DNA from: Malacoraja senta
Lineage: Eukaryota
DNA: 64,000 nucleotides
Reading direction: 5' to 3'
NCBI GenBank assembly: GCA_038087875.1
Contig: CM075978.1
Location: forward strand, 100,564,001-100,628,000
Of the stretch, positions 62,055 to 64,000 are shown piece by piece. The notes beneath the pieces were generated by a model. That model was not told where the DNA came from. It searched no databases and was given only the letters and a program-made list of their open reading frames with translations. Within the stretch, counting starts at the first letter, position 1; the number at the start of each line of letters is the position of its first letter. Both the position numbers and the translations under genes were made by a program.

Positions 62055-64000
62055 TGTGTGTGTGTATGTATGGGTATATATATATGTTTGCTACTCCCAA
62101 AGAAGTTAATTGATTGTCAGAAATATTCTTTTTTTTTCTTTCTCGGGCACGGAGCTGGGAATTTTTTTTTTTACAAAGGCTACGGAAGTCTTTAGAATTC
62201 TAGCCACCTTAGTGTGGCTATCACTAACTACACTAATTGTAGATGTAGTTTTTTTTCTTTCACCCTATACTAACCAATTCTATCACTTTTTTCACTTTAA
62301 ATATTTTTATAACTTAATGTTTGAATGGAACAACAACACTAATTCAAGGAGATGTGTTCGGAAGAGCGATGTATATGATTTTAAATTCATCTATTTGAGG
62401 TTCGGGAGCAGGGTCAGGTTTTATGTGTTGCACCTTCTGCTCGGTTATAGACCACAGAAACAATATGCAAGATGTTAATATGACAAGAGGGGGTCAGGGA
62501 ATAACATTTTGTAGTTGGAATGTTAAGGGAATCAATGAACCAATTAAGAGAGGTAAAGTTTTGGCACATCTAAATTCAATCAAAACAGATATAATATTCC
62601 TTCAAGAAACACACCTTAAAAAGGAATCTCAACATAGACTTAAAGCTAAGTGGATCACTGAATCATATCATTCCTCTTTTTCCCATAAGTCCAGAGGAGT
62701 TGCAATATTAATTCGTAAAGGAATACCTTTTACGAATTCATCAACAATAGTGGATATTGATGGTAGATATATTATATTAGTTGGAGAGTTAAATGGAGAA
62801 AAAGTGATTCTTAATGTATATGGGCCTAATTTTGATAACCCTATGTTTTTTAATAAAACATTTAATATAATTCCTGAATTTACACAATATAAATTAATAA
62901 TTGGAGGAGACTTCAATTGCACATTAGATTCATACTTAGTTAGATCATCAAGGCAAAAAAAAGTAAAATCTCAATCAAGTGTATTTTTAAATTCATTTAT
63001 TAATACCACTAATATTAAGGATGTCTGGAGAATTGAAAATCCAACTGGACGGGAATATTCATTTTACTCACCAGTACATAAAACATACTCAAGAATAGAT
63101 TATTTTTTAGTTGACTCCACGTTTATCCCATTTACTTACAACTCAAAACACCATAATATTATAATCTCAGATCACGCACCTGTAACATTCATGATTAAAT
63201 TAAATGGAATGTCCGAGAAACAAACATATTGGAGATTTAACCCACAAATTTTGAACGAAAGATCATGCCAGGAATATCTTACTAAACAGATTCAAATATT
63301 TTTTGAGGTAAATGACAACCCTGACACACCTACTTCTCTTATGTGGGAAACGTTTAAAGCGTTTGTTCGAGGTGCATTAATTTCTGCTCAAGTATTTTAT
63401 AATAAAGAGAACAGGATTAAACAACAAACATTGGAAAGGGAAATCAAGCAACTAGATATAGAAAATGCGAGAATGCCATCTATTTTAAAACATAATAAAA
63501 TTGCTGTATTGAAATATAAATTAAACAAAATGTATTCAGAACAAGTAATAAAACTTTATCAAAAAACCAAACAATTACATTTTGAGTTTGGAGACAAACC
63601 ACAAAAACTATTAGCACGTCAGTTACGAAAAATGGAAGGGGAAAAAATAATTCATAAAATTAGAACAGAGACAGGAGAATTATTAAAAATGCCCAAGGAT
63701 ATAAACGAAAGATTTCTCCAATACTATCATAATCTTTATTCAACTAAAACTGTAGTACAACCAGAAGGAATAGCAGATTTTTTACTAAAATGTAATTTAA
63801 AAGGTTTAGATTCAAACGATAGAGAATTATTAGAAAGGGAGATTACGATAAAGGATATTGAGGAGTCTATTGGCTCTTTAAAAAATGGTAAAGCAGTAGG
63901 ACCAGATGGTTTAGGCTCTGAATTCTATAAACAATTTTATGACTTGCTCTCCCCACGTTTACAAAGGCTGTATGAGCATATCTATACTCAACAGAAACTT
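60253..64000 (+). mobile_element. L1 5' part: 5' UTR, ORF1 (one frameshift), ORF2 open to the window edge
   Basis: ORF1 about 60370-61396 (coiled coil, DLEGRQRRKNLRIVG, frameshift near 60595). ORF2 from ATG 62480: SWNVKG, LQETH, GDFN, SRIDY, SDH, then GPDG. Confidence 0.92.

Overview
Eukaryotic, repeat-dense genomic DNA, most likely from a cartilaginous fish (skate or ray). This is inferred from HE1/V-SINE-like SINEs and CR1, L1, Rex/Babar, Penelope, Gypsy and DIRS-like elements. One 256-N assembly gap lies at 31682-31937. The main finding is a spliced minus-strand gene hidden among the repeats (16277-48177), which I assembled by hand from canonical GT-AG sites with matching phases. It has a signal-peptide exon, two intact antigen-receptor-like V exons with the J (G-strand) already fused in the germline, and a third V exon split by a LINE. 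These are followed by an uncharged transmembrane exon and three cytoplasmic exons carrying AVYSTV, LFYADI (ITIM) and TEYAAI (ITSM-like). The predicted product is a 364-aa non-rearranging, TCR-gamma/Ig-lambda-like inhibitory receptor with no C domain, and its V exons show signs of exon-level exchange. The rest of the window is transposons. These include Penelope-type hammerhead ribozyme motifs, fold-back insertions, a TIR element with a 6-bp TSD, an internally inverted LTR element, a 48-bp satellite that captured an L1 junction, and a possible twin-primed L1. All alignments were done by eye; no database searches were run.
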